Virus record (IMG/VR): IMGVR_UViG_3300005805_000219
Location: 1-37,118 of that record
Reading direction: 5' to 3' (one strand)
Length of the DNA stretch: 37,118 nucleotides
Source: a virus
Lineage: Duplodnaviria; Caudoviricetes
The notes below the pieces were generated by a model that worked only from the letters and a program-made list of their open reading frames with translations, was not told where the DNA came from and searched no databases. Below, piece by piece: positions 1 through 11,339 of this stretch (positions are counted from its first letter, which is position 1; each line of letters begins with the position of its first letter). Both the position numbers and the translations under genes were made by a program.

Positions 1-34
1 ATATACCGATAGGCCTGTTGTCAATCCAGACATA

Positions 35-295
35 CTAAATGTTCAGGTTCAATACGAAGCAGGTAGTGGTCAATGGATAAATTGTTGCTTCAACATTAGC
101 TGCTGCATAATCTTGATGAAATTCAATAGCAACTGAATTATCGCCAAGTCCAGCAACACGTGTACGAGCAGTTGAACCAAATGCGGTTGTTTCTACAACA
201 TCGTCATTTGTTGTTAAAGTAACACTTGCAATGTGGTCAGAAAGATTGACTGCATTGATAGTGATATATGCGTTTGTAAGAACTAAACGGGCCAT
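35..295 (-). pseudogene. Truncated duplicate of tail tube protein gene (contig-edge copy of 36333-36740)
   Basis: Matches the 36333-36740 protein up to ATIYPL, then runs into ~70 bp of unrelated sequence. Confidence 0.8.
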
Positions 296-673
296 TATTC
301 GTCCGCTCCTTTTTCTATTACTGGTTTGGTTGGTGTATTACTTGATAGATGTTCACCCTTGACTAGCGCTTCTGGGTTACAACCTGCATCGAGCAATTCT
401 TTTTCAGTGACTTGGTCACCTTTTTTCTTATCTCCGAATACAAAATTATCGGACTTTATTGTATATGACATTATGCTCCATCTCCATATATGGTTACTTG
501 GTATCTGTATGATAAATATTCAACATCAGCAGCTTGGTAAACTCCTGATTGAGCCGCAGTAACTCTAAGCGTATCGACTTCTCCACCGAGAGTACGATCT
601 GATTCAATTGCTGCTTTTATTGAATAATCTCCTGAACCAGAAAGATATTTGTCAAGTTTGTCTTGTCCAGTGC
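74..673. repeat. Terminal redundancy copy A (diverged duplicate of 36519-37118)
   Basis: Aligns without gaps to 36519-37118 at offset 36445. Differences are mostly third-codon, and the last 85 bp (589-673) are identical. Confidence 0.95.
295..471 (-). CDS. Small hypothetical virion-module protein, 58 aa (not in ORF track)
   Basis: MSYTIKSDNFVFGDKKKGDQVTEKELLDAGCNPEALVKGEHLSS...GADE. Start and stop overlap the neighbouring genes, and the ORF is conserved in the second copy at 36740-36916. Confidence 0.8.
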   Translation of the reverse strand: MSYTIKSDNFVFGDKKKGDQVTEKELLDAGCNPEALVKGEHLSSNTPTKPVIEKGADE

Positions 674-878
674 GTTCTGAGAATCGTTGAACAATTACCA
701 TGACATCTATATTTGCAGAATCTAGTCCACGCGCATTGTTGAGATCAAATGTAAGATCTAATTGACCAATTATTGCACATGGAGGGACTATTACATCAGG
801 AACTAGATCGTAAACTCTAAGTCCATCTATTTCTTGTAAGTTGTTTTTTAATCCTTCGCGGACTTTACTTGGTTGCAT
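471..878 (-). CDS. Tail terminator / tail completion protein
   Basis: 135 aa, between head-tail adaptor and tail tube genes. SIKAAIESDRTLGG motif is typical of this position. Confidence 0.65.
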   Translation of the reverse strand: MQPSKVREGLKNNLQEIDGLRVYDLVPDVIVPPCAIIGQLDLTFDLNNARGLDSANIDVMVIVQRFSERTGQDKLDKYLSGSGDYSIKAAIESDRTLGGEVDTLRVTAAQSGVYQAADVEYLSYRYQVTIYGDGA

Positions 879-1486
879 TAGTATGCAACTCCATTCAACT
901 TCTTAAGTGGACGAATCAATGCTTCAACATCTGGATCTAATCTAGATGTCAAACGTACTGTTCCCATATCAACTGAACCAGCAACTCCAAATGGAGATTG
1001 TTTGCGGATAAATAATCTTGATGCTTGTAAACGTGCAGCTAAATTGATTTCTGCAGGTACAGCAGACCATCCCCATACTCCTGTTACGCGTACAGTTTGA
1101 GGATAAAGACGTGGAAATAAATATCTATCAATAGCTAAAATACGAGTATATGGCCAACCTCTACGTGGATTGTTGATTGGCTCAATCATGTAATCTGTTG
1201 CAGTCCATATTGTTGTATAACTACGGTCAAAGTTTTCATCTGTTGCAATTTCACTAATCGAAACAAAGTCATCTGTATTACAGATCCACCAATCATTTGG
1301 TGTGTAATAACGAATTACAGGTGCAGCATTTGTACCATCTTTATAAAAAAATCTACCAGTATAGTCATCAATCATTCTACATGCAGCAACAATCGCAGCT
1401 TCGATAGCTAGATCATCATTGATGTCCTCGATTGCAAGAGCATTCTTGACATCCGATAGGGTGCAATAGGCGTTTGTTAGTGCCAT
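878..1486 (-). CDS. Head-tail connector/adaptor protein
   Basis: N-terminal YCTLSDVK, AACRMIDDYTGRFF, VRVTGVWGWSAVP. Lies downstream of the capsid gene. Confidence 0.8.
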   Translation of the reverse strand: MALTNAYCTLSDVKNALAIEDINDDLAIEAAIVAACRMIDDYTGRFFYKDGTNAAPVIRYYTPNDWWICNTDDFVSISEIATDENFDRSYTTIWTATDYMIEPINNPRRGWPYTRILAIDRYLFPRLYPQTVRVTGVWGWSAVPAEINLAARLQASRLFIRKQSPFGVAGSVDMGTVRLTSRLDPDVEALIRPLKKLNGVAY

Positions 1487-1598
1487 GCGTTATCCTTTTC
1501 TCTGATTTAGGCTGCATTGCTCGTTCTAAATCGGGCAAAGCCGTTGCTGTTTGCTTTTTCTTAAATAATTTTAATTTCATAATCACCCCGTTTTTAAG

Positions 1599-1640
1599 GT
1601 GTAGAGCCGATAAGTCGGGGGAGTCTTACCGGCTCTACAC
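1599..1640 (-). terminator. Stem-loop downstream of major capsid gene (terminator or processing site)
   Basis: 11-bp inverted repeat GTGTAGAGCCG/CGGCTCTACAC with inner TAAG/CTTA pairing, 19 nt after the capsid stop. No clear U-tract. Confidence 0.5.
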
Positions 1641-1658
1641 TATTGTTCTAAGCTTTGC

Positions 1659-3002
1659 TTAGAATGTTGGAGCTACCAAACCGGTGCCTGAGATAATTGA
1701 GGCAGCTGCTGGGTAACGACCTGCTGAGAAGGCTGCGTAGCCATAAACAACAGACTTGATTGTCAAGCTGCCAGCACTAGTTGCATCGAAGTTCAATGCA
1801 AATGGTGATCCTGCTTGCTCCCATAGGTGCATTTCAGGTGCAGCAACGCAGTAAATCTTGTCCTGGTTTGTACCAGCACCTGCGTTTGTAACAACGTTTG
1901 CATCAGTAATGATTGGAAGACCCATCAATGAGTAACCTGAGTTACCATATGATACTGCTCCAGCTCCTGCTGCAATTGGGTTCATTGGACCGTAGTTATT
2001 TGGAACAACAAGTGGACGGTTTTGACTGTCAACTGCTGCAAGCAAATAAGCTAGGCGGCGTGGGTGCATGATCCAGTGTGTTGGTTGCTGGAATGCAGTT
2101 GTCTGGATCTGTTGTACAGCGTCAGCGAGCTTTGGATAAAGAAGCGCTACTGTTGGAGATGCAGATGTGTAAGTGATTGCGTTTCCACCAGAGTTATCAA
2201 GACCAAGAACTGTTCCTGATGTACCAGCACCATTTAGGCATTGGTTATCTAGTGTTGTGTGCCATGAACGGATCAAGTCAGCAAGGATGAATGAATCAAT
2301 TCCTGTACCGCGCTCAATTGCTTGGCGTGAAATGTCCTGCTGTCCTGCAACTGTACGCACATTGATAGTCAATAGTGTGTCATCAGCATCAGTGTTTGAT
2401 ACTGTTGCATTTTCTGTTGCTTGGATTGCAGTTGTTGTACCTGTTGTCATGCGGCTGATATTAAGTGTCATTCCGCTTGCAGGTAGCGCATGCTTGTTTG
2501 TAGCAGCATCCAAGAATGGACGGCCAGCACGTGCAAATGGTGCAGCTAGATCTGTTAGGTACTGTGGTACCACAAGACCATCAAAGTTGCCAGTGGCAAC
2601 TGCGCGGTTTTCGACTTTTTCTTCACGCATGTGGCGTGCTAGACGCTCCTGTGCAGCAAAATCGTTCTTGAATTGTGCGTTATACGCATCCTTCACGAAT
2701 GATGCTTCTGCTTCAGGTGTGTATGTACGTGGTTCAGAGATGACGCGTGCGGCACCTACTGGTGTTGCAACTGGTGCAACTGCTGAACGGATTTCTGCAG
2801 CCTTAGCGTCTGCATCAGCCTGTGTCTTCAGCTTTTCGATTTTTGCATCGAGTGAACGTGACTCTTCTACAAGAGCGTCAACCTTCTCGGTCTCCTCTGC
2901 AGTAAGGTCGGTGCGGTTCTCTTCAGCAACTGCTTCAAGAACTGCATCCATTTCTGCCTTAACTGCATCACGGCGCTCGATTACTTTGTCAAGGTATGAC
3001 AT
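1659..3002 (-). CDS. HK97-fold major capsid protein with N-terminal coiled-coil delta domain
   Basis: 447 aa, coiled-coil N-terminus, GLVVPQYL, WIMHPRR, LMGLPIITD. Follows the prohead protease and has an AAGGAG RBS. Confidence 0.93.
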   Translation of the reverse strand: MSYLDKVIERRDAVKAEMDAVLEAVAEENRTDLTAEETEKVDALVEESRSLDAKIEKLKTQADADAKAAEIRSAVAPVATPVGAARVISEPRTYTPEAEASFVKDAYNAQFKNDFAAQERLARHMREEKVENRAVATGNFDGLVVPQYLTDLAAPFARAGRPFLDAATNKHALPASGMTLNISRMTTGTTTAIQATENATVSNTDADDTLLTINVRTVAGQQDISRQAIERGTGIDSFILADLIRSWHTTLDNQCLNGAGTSGTVLGLDNSGGNAITYTSASPTVALLYPKLADAVQQIQTTAFQQPTHWIMHPRRLAYLLAAVDSQNRPLVVPNNYGPMNPIAAGAGAVSYGNSGYSLMGLPIITDANVVTNAGAGTNQDKIYCVAAPEMHLWEQAGSPFALNFDATSAGSLTIKSVVYGYAAFSAGRYPAAASIISGTGLVAPTF

Positions 3003-3116
3003 TGTATTCTGCTCCTTATGAGTTTAATCGAGGTGGTGGCGATAAGCATCACGGCGCTTTTGGGGTGTGAGTCTCGCTCCGACTTCGGTATCTGTTAACT
3101 ATTTGCTAACAGAATA

Positions 3117-3896
3117 TTATTTTGTGTTATTTACTATTGCTTTAGCTAGACGAAGAGATATAGATCTTGGTACAGAAACTTCTTCTACAAGGTTTTTGTC
3201 TTCTTCATTTTCCATGTAAGTAGAATCTTCCATATCTTCTTCAATTTCAACTTCTTGATTTCCTAGTAATTGAGCCATTAGCTCTACTGACTTCATTACA
3301 TAGTCATGACCTTCACTTAGATCTTCAAAAATGCTTTTTAAGACTAGCAAAGAATCTCCAGATATTTCTCTTCCTTCTTTAACAGCTGTAATAGCATTTT
3401 TTAGATGCTCACGAGCTTCGACTGAAGTTGCTGGATAGGCTGGATAAGTAACTACTGAAACATCACCATCGGCCAATGATACTTCTGTCAGTGTCCGCAT
3501 CGTGCGGTCTTCATTCCACTTTTGTCTAATCACTCGGAAAGCAAAACTCATTTGATCTACATCGCCTCTAGCAATAAGAGCATGTAGGTCTCTTGCTTCT
3601 TGAGTATCTGCTAATTCGGCATCAAATCTTAATCCGATGTCATCTTCTGTTAGCGTCATTGTACCATTTTTAGTACGAGCTAATGGAAGTCCTTCATGAT
3701 TAACTAGTAATCGGACATCAGGTATTTCTGTTAATGTTTTTCTAAATGCACCTTTAGCAATTGTTTCGATGAATGGTAGAGGGACGCTAGGACTATCAAA
3801 CTTTGCTGCATATCCTGACAAGCGTAGCTTTCCATCGTCATCTGCCCGAGTTTCAACATCTTGCACAGTATATGTGCGTCGTTCGATTTTTTTCAT
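3117..3896 (-). CDS. HK97-family prohead maturation protease
   Basis: LSGYAAKFD, FIETIAKGAF, LLVNH, QMSFAF, VSVVTYPAY motifs. ATG at 3896 is preceded by AAGGAG. Confidence 0.93.
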   Translation of the reverse strand: MKKIERRTYTVQDVETRADDDGKLRLSGYAAKFDSPSVPLPFIETIAKGAFRKTLTEIPDVRLLVNHEGLPLARTKNGTMTLTEDDIGLRFDAELADTQEARDLHALIARGDVDQMSFAFRVIRQKWNEDRTMRTLTEVSLADGDVSVVTYPAYPATSVEAREHLKNAITAVKEGREISGDSLLVLKSIFEDLSEGHDYVMKSVELMAQLLGNQEVEIEEDMEDSTYMENEEDKNLVEEVSVPRSISLRLAKAIVNNTK

Positions 3897-3928
3897 TTTG
3901 CTCCTTGAGTCTTTCTCTTCATTCAACA

Positions 3929-5374
3929 CTACTCCACCTCGTATGCTGCTTTAGGATCCGTTGGATCTATTGTTGAAATTGGTTGCAATTGATTTGAAGG
4001 CAAACCCGTGTGATTCATGTCAGGTAAACCAACAGCTTCAATTACTGATTTTGGATCAAAACCTACTTGAATTAACTTGGCGGCAATATCGGCGCGAAGG
4101 TTTAGACCCACATCTTTTGCGTCCGCTGCATCGATATTTTGCAATGGAACTCGGTACTGATCTCCAGATTCTCCAAGAGGTGCTAAATCTTCTACATAAC
4201 GGACATCGTTCAGACTTAAGAAGCCTTCACGTAGACCTTTTGTATATGCATCATAACGCTCAATTGTTGTTCCACGCAGTAAAGCATCTAAATTAAACTT
4301 AATAAAACCATCTGGTTCAGGAAGCAAAGGCGATAGTGCTTGCTCTAATCTTTCAAGCAACGGTCTTAGCGAGTGTTGTACAAATGATAAGTTCTGAGCT
4401 TCAACAGATGCAAATGACATTGCGCCAGCAACAGGGTGGCCAAGCAGTGATACAGGAACACGAAATAGTCTAGCAATTTCTTCTACACCAAATCGTCGTA
4501 CTTCTAGTAGTTGTGCATCTGCAGCATTCAGAGTTAGTGGCTTAAATGTTGCGCCACTAGTTAAAATGCCAAGTTTTCCTGCGCGATAAGGTCCTGTGTG
4601 TGACATATTCCAGTTACGAGCAATATCAGCGGCTTGTTCTTCAGTCATTTCACCTGGAGATTCAATAACTCCACCAGGATTTGCTGCATTTCCAAAATAA
4701 CTTGCTGCATAAACTTCTGCGGCCATAGCAGAACCTAAAGTGATGCGAGCTGCTGCAATTGGGCCAAGTCCAAGCAATTGTCCTGGCAACTTAAACATAG
4801 GAATGTGTAGCATTTCGTTCTTTGTCAGAACCATTGTTTTTACTGACATTGGATCAAACGGTTGTGCATTGTCATAAAACTGATTTACTGGATCTTGTGC
4901 ATTTTGTCCAATAGTAACTATGTATTCAATCTCGCCCATTGGATCAGGACGACGAATACGAACTTGGAGTGGGTTTATGCAGTAAAGTTCTTGAACGTCG
5001 CCCAGATCGTCACGTACCGTTAAAATGAATGCATTGCCATGAAGGTTTAGAGAAGAAATTACTTGCTCATAAAACTCTAAGCGAGTTGAGTCAGGATTTG
5101 GTTTGTTAATCCATGCAGGCATTTCACCATATACTGATGCATAATTTATTCTAGAACGACCACGACGGACGTAAGCAGAAAGTGGTAGAGAACTAATAGT
5201 GTCACCTAATAGTCGGACACAAGCATAGACAGTTGACATACGAATTGCTGTATCAGAGTTGACATCTACTCCAGCTGGAGTTGCATATAAAGCGCGGCCA
5301 GGTAAAAATGGTTCAAGGTACTGATTGTTTGACCTTTTTTCTCCTGCTTTACGCAGTCTATTCGATAGACTCAT
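3929..5374 (-). CDS. HK97-family portal protein
   Basis: VYACVRLL, LHGNAF, EEIARLFRVP, FNLDALLRG motifs. Confidence 0.95.
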   Translation of the reverse strand: MSLSNRLRKAGEKRSNNQYLEPFLPGRALYATPAGVDVNSDTAIRMSTVYACVRLLGDTISSLPLSAYVRRGRSRINYASVYGEMPAWINKPNPDSTRLEFYEQVISSLNLHGNAFILTVRDDLGDVQELYCINPLQVRIRRPDPMGEIEYIVTIGQNAQDPVNQFYDNAQPFDPMSVKTMVLTKNEMLHIPMFKLPGQLLGLGPIAAARITLGSAMAAEVYAASYFGNAANPGGVIESPGEMTEEQAADIARNWNMSHTGPYRAGKLGILTSGATFKPLTLNAADAQLLEVRRFGVEEIARLFRVPVSLLGHPVAGAMSFASVEAQNLSFVQHSLRPLLERLEQALSPLLPEPDGFIKFNLDALLRGTTIERYDAYTKGLREGFLSLNDVRYVEDLAPLGESGDQYRVPLQNIDAADAKDVGLNLRADIAAKLIQVGFDPKSVIEAVGLPDMNHTGLPSNQLQPISTIDPTDPKAAYEVE

Positions 5375-6450
5375 TTATCTGCCTTTTCTGTGCTTAGTTG
5401 ATACCAGCCGTCGTCCCATAGAGTCAACAACCTTTGAAAGTAATCTTGATACTTAGGTGCAATTGCTTTAAGTGAGTATTTTTCTATTGCTTGCTTTCTA
5501 ATAAAATCTCTGTCAAGATCTTTTACATCTTCTGCAGCTTTGATAAAGTCCGCAAGAGATCTACATCTAAAACCAGTAATTCCATGGATATTGGTTTCTG
5601 TAAAAGCTCCCCAATCCGTTGTGATTGTTGGAGTTCCACAAGTCTGAGCTTCTACTACTATATTTCCAAATGGTTCAATATAAGTAGTAGGGGCAAATAA
5701 TGCAATGGCATTTCCCATTAGTTTTGCTCGTTCTTCAGGGCCAATATTGCCTATAAACTCGCCATAACCGGTGCCTCTTTCATCACCTGGACCTGCCAAA
5801 ATTAACCGTTTGCCTAATCGTTCACATACTTCTTGAGCAATTCTAAAACCTTTTCGCTCAATCATGCGGCCAATATAAAAGTAATAGTCACCTTTTCCTG
5901 AGCCTTTTGGAAACATTTCCGGTTCAAGATAACCATTTATAACGCCATCAAAAAATTCACCATCAACCGTGGTCGGATTCTTATAAGCTGCATAGATTGA
6001 ATGCATCCATGCATAAGATTCAAACACACGATATTTTGCAAAAGTGCCACCATAACCGATACCAAATTCTACTGACATGTGATCTGGAAAAGCATCTGCA
6101 ATCGGTTTGTGAGCATATCCACCAATAAGACAAATAAAGTCTTTTGGTTGAAGTCTATTAGTCATTTCTTTAATGACATTCCCATTAAAGATTTGCCAAT
6201 GCGGTAAAGTTGTATCAAATGAAGCAGAAGTATAATGATTATTACCAACTGCCGCTTGTCTTTCGTTTTCTGAAATACAAGTTACTAGTTCTGTTACTGA
6301 TGCTTCATTTTCTGATCCGGCATAAAGGATGACTTCATGCTCAAGATCTTTCATCATGATGCAGAAGCGCCTAACTTTTTCGGTGAATGCGCAGCTTGTA
6401 AAGTCTTTAGTCGTGTTTGTGTGTGGAAGCGATACAACGTGAAATCTCAT
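5371..6450 (-). CDS. GT-B fold glycosyltransferase (GT4-like)
   Basis: GRMIERKG and EPFGNIVVEAQTCGTPTITTDWG (EX7E) motifs. ATG at 6450 follows a GGGGGA RBS. Confidence 0.9.
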   Translation of the reverse strand: MRFHVVSLPHTNTTKDFTSCAFTEKVRRFCIMMKDLEHEVILYAGSENEASVTELVTCISENERQAAVGNNHYTSASFDTTLPHWQIFNGNVIKEMTNRLQPKDFICLIGGYAHKPIADAFPDHMSVEFGIGYGGTFAKYRVFESYAWMHSIYAAYKNPTTVDGEFFDGVINGYLEPEMFPKGSGKGDYYFYIGRMIERKGFRIAQEVCERLGKRLILAGPGDERGTGYGEFIGNIGPEERAKLMGNAIALFAPTTYIEPFGNIVVEAQTCGTPTITTDWGAFTETNIHGITGFRCRSLADFIKAAEDVKDLDRDFIRKQAIEKYSLKAIAPKYQDYFQRLLTLWDDGWYQLSTEKADK

Positions 6451-6470
6451 TGGTCCCCCGACCTTGTTCA

Positions 6471-6698
6471 CTAGAGTGCAGCGATTTCTTCTGCTGTAAG
6501 CCCAAGAGCTGCAAGTTTTGCTTCTGCTGAGGCTTTGGCAATCGCTTTGGCCTCTTCTTCTAATTTGCGTGCTTCATCTCTAGCAGCCAATTCATCAGCA
6601 ACTTTTTTATTTGCTTTGATTTCTTCTTCTGTAAAAGGACGTCGTATAACTTCACCAGTTGTGCAATTAACTTCGACGACCATAGGTTCTTCGTTCAT
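6471..6698 (-). CDS. Hypothetical protein (possible fibre chaperone/assembly factor)
   Basis: 75 aa with helical C-terminus AKLAALGLTAEEIAAL. AAGGAG RBS. Confidence 0.7.
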   Translation of the reverse strand: MNEEPMVVEVNCTTGEVIRRPFTEEEIKANKKVADELAARDEARKLEEEAKAIAKASAEAKLAALGLTAEEIAAL

Positions 6699-6708
6699 AT
6701 TTCTCCTT

Positions 6709-7233
6709 TTATTTTATTCCGTAAAGTGATATTTTTGAGTTAGCTGAAAACGACAAACCGCCAGCAGCTGTAAAGGTAATAGACGTGATCGCTTGCGTAT
6801 TGTTGGAGTTATTGTACGACACCAAGTTTAGGAATACTTGGTTTGTGTTTGCACCGTAGCCACCAATAGAGTGCATTTGTTTGTGGTACACAGTAGAAGT
6901 ATAGTTTGGAATCCAAAAATCAATCCCAGTAAATCTAGGCCCGTTACCACTTTGCGGCATGGCATGTGTAGCCCCTTGACCGCCACCACCACCTGTAATA
7001 TCTCCTAAGCGAGTGTTGCCATCATAAAAAAGCATACGTTTTCCATAATAGCCACTGCCATCTGTATTGTCCGAATTGAAAGCAACCCTAAAATCGTTAC
7101 GCCCGAGACCGCCATTAGAGTCTTGTATTTGTGCTTTTAGCCAAAGAGTCTCGTAGGTTTGGGGAATTGTGTTGAAAACGATGCTGCCAGCACTAGAAAC
7201 CAACGTGTTTGTTTGAATCAATTCAAGAGCCAT
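6709..7233 (-). CDS. Beta-rich virion fibre/decoration protein, paralog 3
   Basis: Likely start MALELIQT. Shares IPQTY..L, ITSITF and SKISLYGIK motifs with the two upstream genes. Confidence 0.65.
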   Translation of the reverse strand: MALELIQTNTLVSSAGSIVFNTIPQTYETLWLKAQIQDSNGGLGRNDFRVAFNSDNTDGSGYYGKRMLFYDGNTRLGDITGGGGGQGATHAMPQSGNGPRFTGIDFWIPNYTSTVYHKQMHSIGGYGANTNQVFLNLVSYNNSNNTQAITSITFTAAGGLSFSANSKISLYGIK

Positions 7234-7751
7234 TATGCAGCCGCCTTTATTCCCCAAATACTTACTGTTGAACCAGAAGCAAACAAACCGCCAGAACCCC
7301 CGCAAGCAAATTGAATTCGATTTATCGCCGCTGAAGTGTTCAACCAATTGTTAAGTCTATAGTTAGCCTCATAATTTTGAGTGATATATGATGTCAACTG
7401 AGTTCTGTAATGACTTGTTGATGCGTAGTTATTTATAAAAGCAACAAACGGAGTATAGAACCAGCCGCTTGCTCCTGGAGCGCTCACTGCCCCAAAAGTG
7501 GCTTGACTGTCACTATTATTAGTTGATAAAAACCCACCACTATAAAACAAACCACGCATATCGCCGTAATTTGCTCCAAAATCACTGTTGAAGTTCATCC
7601 ATGCATTCTCTACAATTGAACTGCCGCCAGCAGCTCTAAGTTGTCCTGTCAGTATGAGATCTGTGTATGTGTTTGGGATTGTTGTAAAATCAAAAGACCC
7701 ATTTGTGGTTAGTGTAGTGGTAGCAATTTTTTCATATGTGGCTGTAGGCAC
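7233..7751 (-). CDS. Beta-rich virion fibre/decoration protein, paralog 2
   Basis: TYEKIATTTL, IPNTYTDL, AINRIQF, STVSIWGIKAA. Confidence 0.65.
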   Translation of the reverse strand: MPTATYEKIATTTLTTNGSFDFTTIPNTYTDLILTGQLRAAGGSSIVENAWMNFNSDFGANYGDMRGLFYSGGFLSTNNSDSQATFGAVSAPGASGWFYTPFVAFINNYASTSHYRTQLTSYITQNYEANYRLNNWLNTSAAINRIQFACGGSGGLFASGSTVSIWGIKAAA

Positions 7752-7753
7752 GA

Positions 7754-8317
7754 TTATCCTCTTATTCCATAAAGTGCAATTTTTGAGTTTGCATTGAAAG
7801 TACCAATATCTGGAAACAGAGTAATCGAGGTAATCGGATCACTATTTGCGATAAAAGTGCCTTGACTCATTGTGTAGTTATTTTGCCCTGATGCACTGCC
7901 ACCCTGAGCAAAAGCTCCTTGAGCGCGATAAGGTTTTTGTTTAGTCGAGTTTATATCGTAAACGTCCATGTACCCACTAGAATAATAGTTTGCATATGTG
8001 TTTCCAGCTAAACCAGTATAAATGCCGCTGTTAATAGCTGAACTTTGGTACATGGGCCCAGTGCCGTCCCACTCAACCACCTCTTGCAAATAGTTGGCTG
8101 CTGTATTGCCATTCAATTGCAATACAAGTGTGGCGTTTGGTGCCGAACGCGAACACTTTGCAACCCATCTAACTTGAAGATGAGTGTAAATGCTCCACAC
8201 GCCGCCGCTATTGAAAGTTACACTGCCAGTACCGCCAGAAGTCAAGTTATAAGTTTGAATTGACTCGTATGTACCTGAAGCTTGCCTACTAGAAGCAACA
8301 ATCCCGATGATTGGCAT
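7754..8317 (-). CDS. Beta-rich virion fibre/decoration protein, paralog 1
   Basis: TYESIQT, YTHLQVR, ITSITL, SKIALYGIRG. Confidence 0.65.
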   Translation of the reverse strand: MPIIGIVASSRQASGTYESIQTYNLTSGGTGSVTFNSGGVWSIYTHLQVRWVAKCSRSAPNATLVLQLNGNTAANYLQEVVEWDGTGPMYQSSAINSGIYTGLAGNTYANYYSSGYMDVYDINSTKQKPYRAQGAFAQGGSASGQNNYTMSQGTFIANSDPITSITLFPDIGTFNANSKIALYGIRG

Positions 8318-8318
8318 T

Positions 8319-9026
8319 TTAGGCTATGTCTCCCACGATGGTAAAGGTATTTGCTGCGGTGCAGATTACAGTAGCCGCTGAGTATTGTGCCCTTGTTTTT
8401 GGAGCTGCAACTGTTGCACCAGTTGAAGTAATAGTAACACCTGAACCTTGTGCAAATGTTATTTGACCTGTGCCGATTTGTTGGACATGAATCTGGTCAT
8501 TTGCACTAAACACTGAAGGAGGTACAGTCAGCGTTGCAGCTGCATTGATAGTTACAATCTTATTTAGATCTCCAGCAACAAGAGTGTAGTTGCCAGTTTG
8601 TGCGTTAAAACCAACCAAAAGACCAGGACCTGTTGGACCAGTTGCTCCGGTTGGTCCTGTTGCACCTACAGGTCCAGTTGCACCGACTGGGCCAGTTGCA
8701 CCTTCGGGACCTGTAGCACCTGTTGGGCCAACGTCGCCTTGAACACCCTGCGGACCAGTTGCACCGACTGGACCTGTTGCGCCAGTTGGTCCTTCAACTC
8801 CAGTTGCACCGGTAGGACCGGTTGCACCGACAGGACCGGTAGCACCTACAGGACCGGTTGCTCCTGCAGCATAAGCATAAGCAAGAGAGTTCCATGCAGT
8901 TGCGCCATCACCAATCTTAAACTTAGTTGTATCAGTTTCATAACCGATTTCACCTTGCGCAAGTGTTGGATTGTTAGATGTCCAATTTGCTGCCGTATCT
9001 CGGCGATTTTGGAGTCTTGCTGTCAT
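8319..9026 (-). CDS. Collagen-like fibre protein with Mtd/hyaluronidase-type N-terminal domain
   Basis: N-terminal [34 protein letters not shown], central Gly-X-Y repeats, C-terminal domain ending IVGDIA. Confidence 0.8.
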   Translation of the reverse strand: MTARLQNRRDTAANWTSNNPTLAQGEIGYETDTTKFKIGDGATAWNSLAYAYAAGATGPVGATGPVGATGPTGATGVEGPTGATGPVGATGPQGVQGDVGPTGATGPEGATGPVGATGPVGATGPTGATGPTGPGLLVGFNAQTGNYTLVAGDLNKIVTINAAATLTVPPSVFSANDQIHVQQIGTGQITFAQGSGVTITSTGATVAAPKTRAQYSAATVICTAANTFTIVGDIA

Positions 9027-9047
9027 AGTGGCTTCTTTCTCTCTTTG

Positions 9048-10843
<1,796 letters not shown>

Positions 10844-10844
<1 letters not shown>

Positions 10845-11191
10845 TATCGTGTCACCTGCTCTGCAACTGTTAATTGACCTTGAATTAAACGAGAAATGTT
10901 TGAACCTGATGTCAATTCAAGATCATAAACATAAAAACCTGAATCAAGTAAACCTGTTTGTTCTGCCGTTGCATTGATTGTAATAGTTCCTGTAGCTCCA
11001 ACAATAGTGATTCCACCATTTGCTGTAGTCAAAGTCAGGTCTGCAGTTGCAGAATTATAGTTCTGACGTAGCTGCATTGACGCTGTATAACCTGTTAAAT
11101 TCACAGGTGTGTCATTAGAATCAGTGTAAACTAGTACAACTGACCACACAGAACCTTGATCTATGGTTGTATTGTAGATACCAGCGGTCAT
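10844..11191 (-). CDS. Virion beta-sandwich adaptor protein (fibre attachment, putative)
   Basis: [26 protein letters not shown] motifs. Directly upstream of the collagen gene. Confidence 0.6.
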
Positions 11192-11331
11192 CAATTAGCC
11201 TTTTCTGTAGCCCAAATTAGAAATCCGCCTACCGTTACAAAGGCAAGAGGAACTGAGAACATAGCGACCCCGATGGCGACAAGAATTACTCCTGCCAATT
11301 CTGTTAATAAAGCAAAGTCAAGTTTTTTCAT
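11191..11331 (-). CDS. Small membrane protein, 46 aa (not in ORF track)
   Basis: MKKLDFALLTELAGVILVAIGVAMFSVPLAFVTVGGFLIWATEKAN. AGGAG RBS, immediately after terminase. Confidence 0.75.
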   Translation of the reverse strand: MKKLDFALLTELAGVILVAIGVAMFSVPLAFVTVGGFLIWATEKAN

Positions 11332-11339
11332 GATGCTCC

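Noticed and set aside
2173-3021. 282-aa plus-strand ORF and other antisense or alternate-frame ORFs (e.g. 9125-9772)
   Set aside because: Shadows of the capsid, collagen and other genes caused by codon bias. No RBS or motifs.
6755-7294. AAACCGCCAG near-matches to the early motif at ~6755 and ~7285
   Set aside because: Both encode Gly-Gly-Leu at equivalent positions of paralogous genes and lack the final G.
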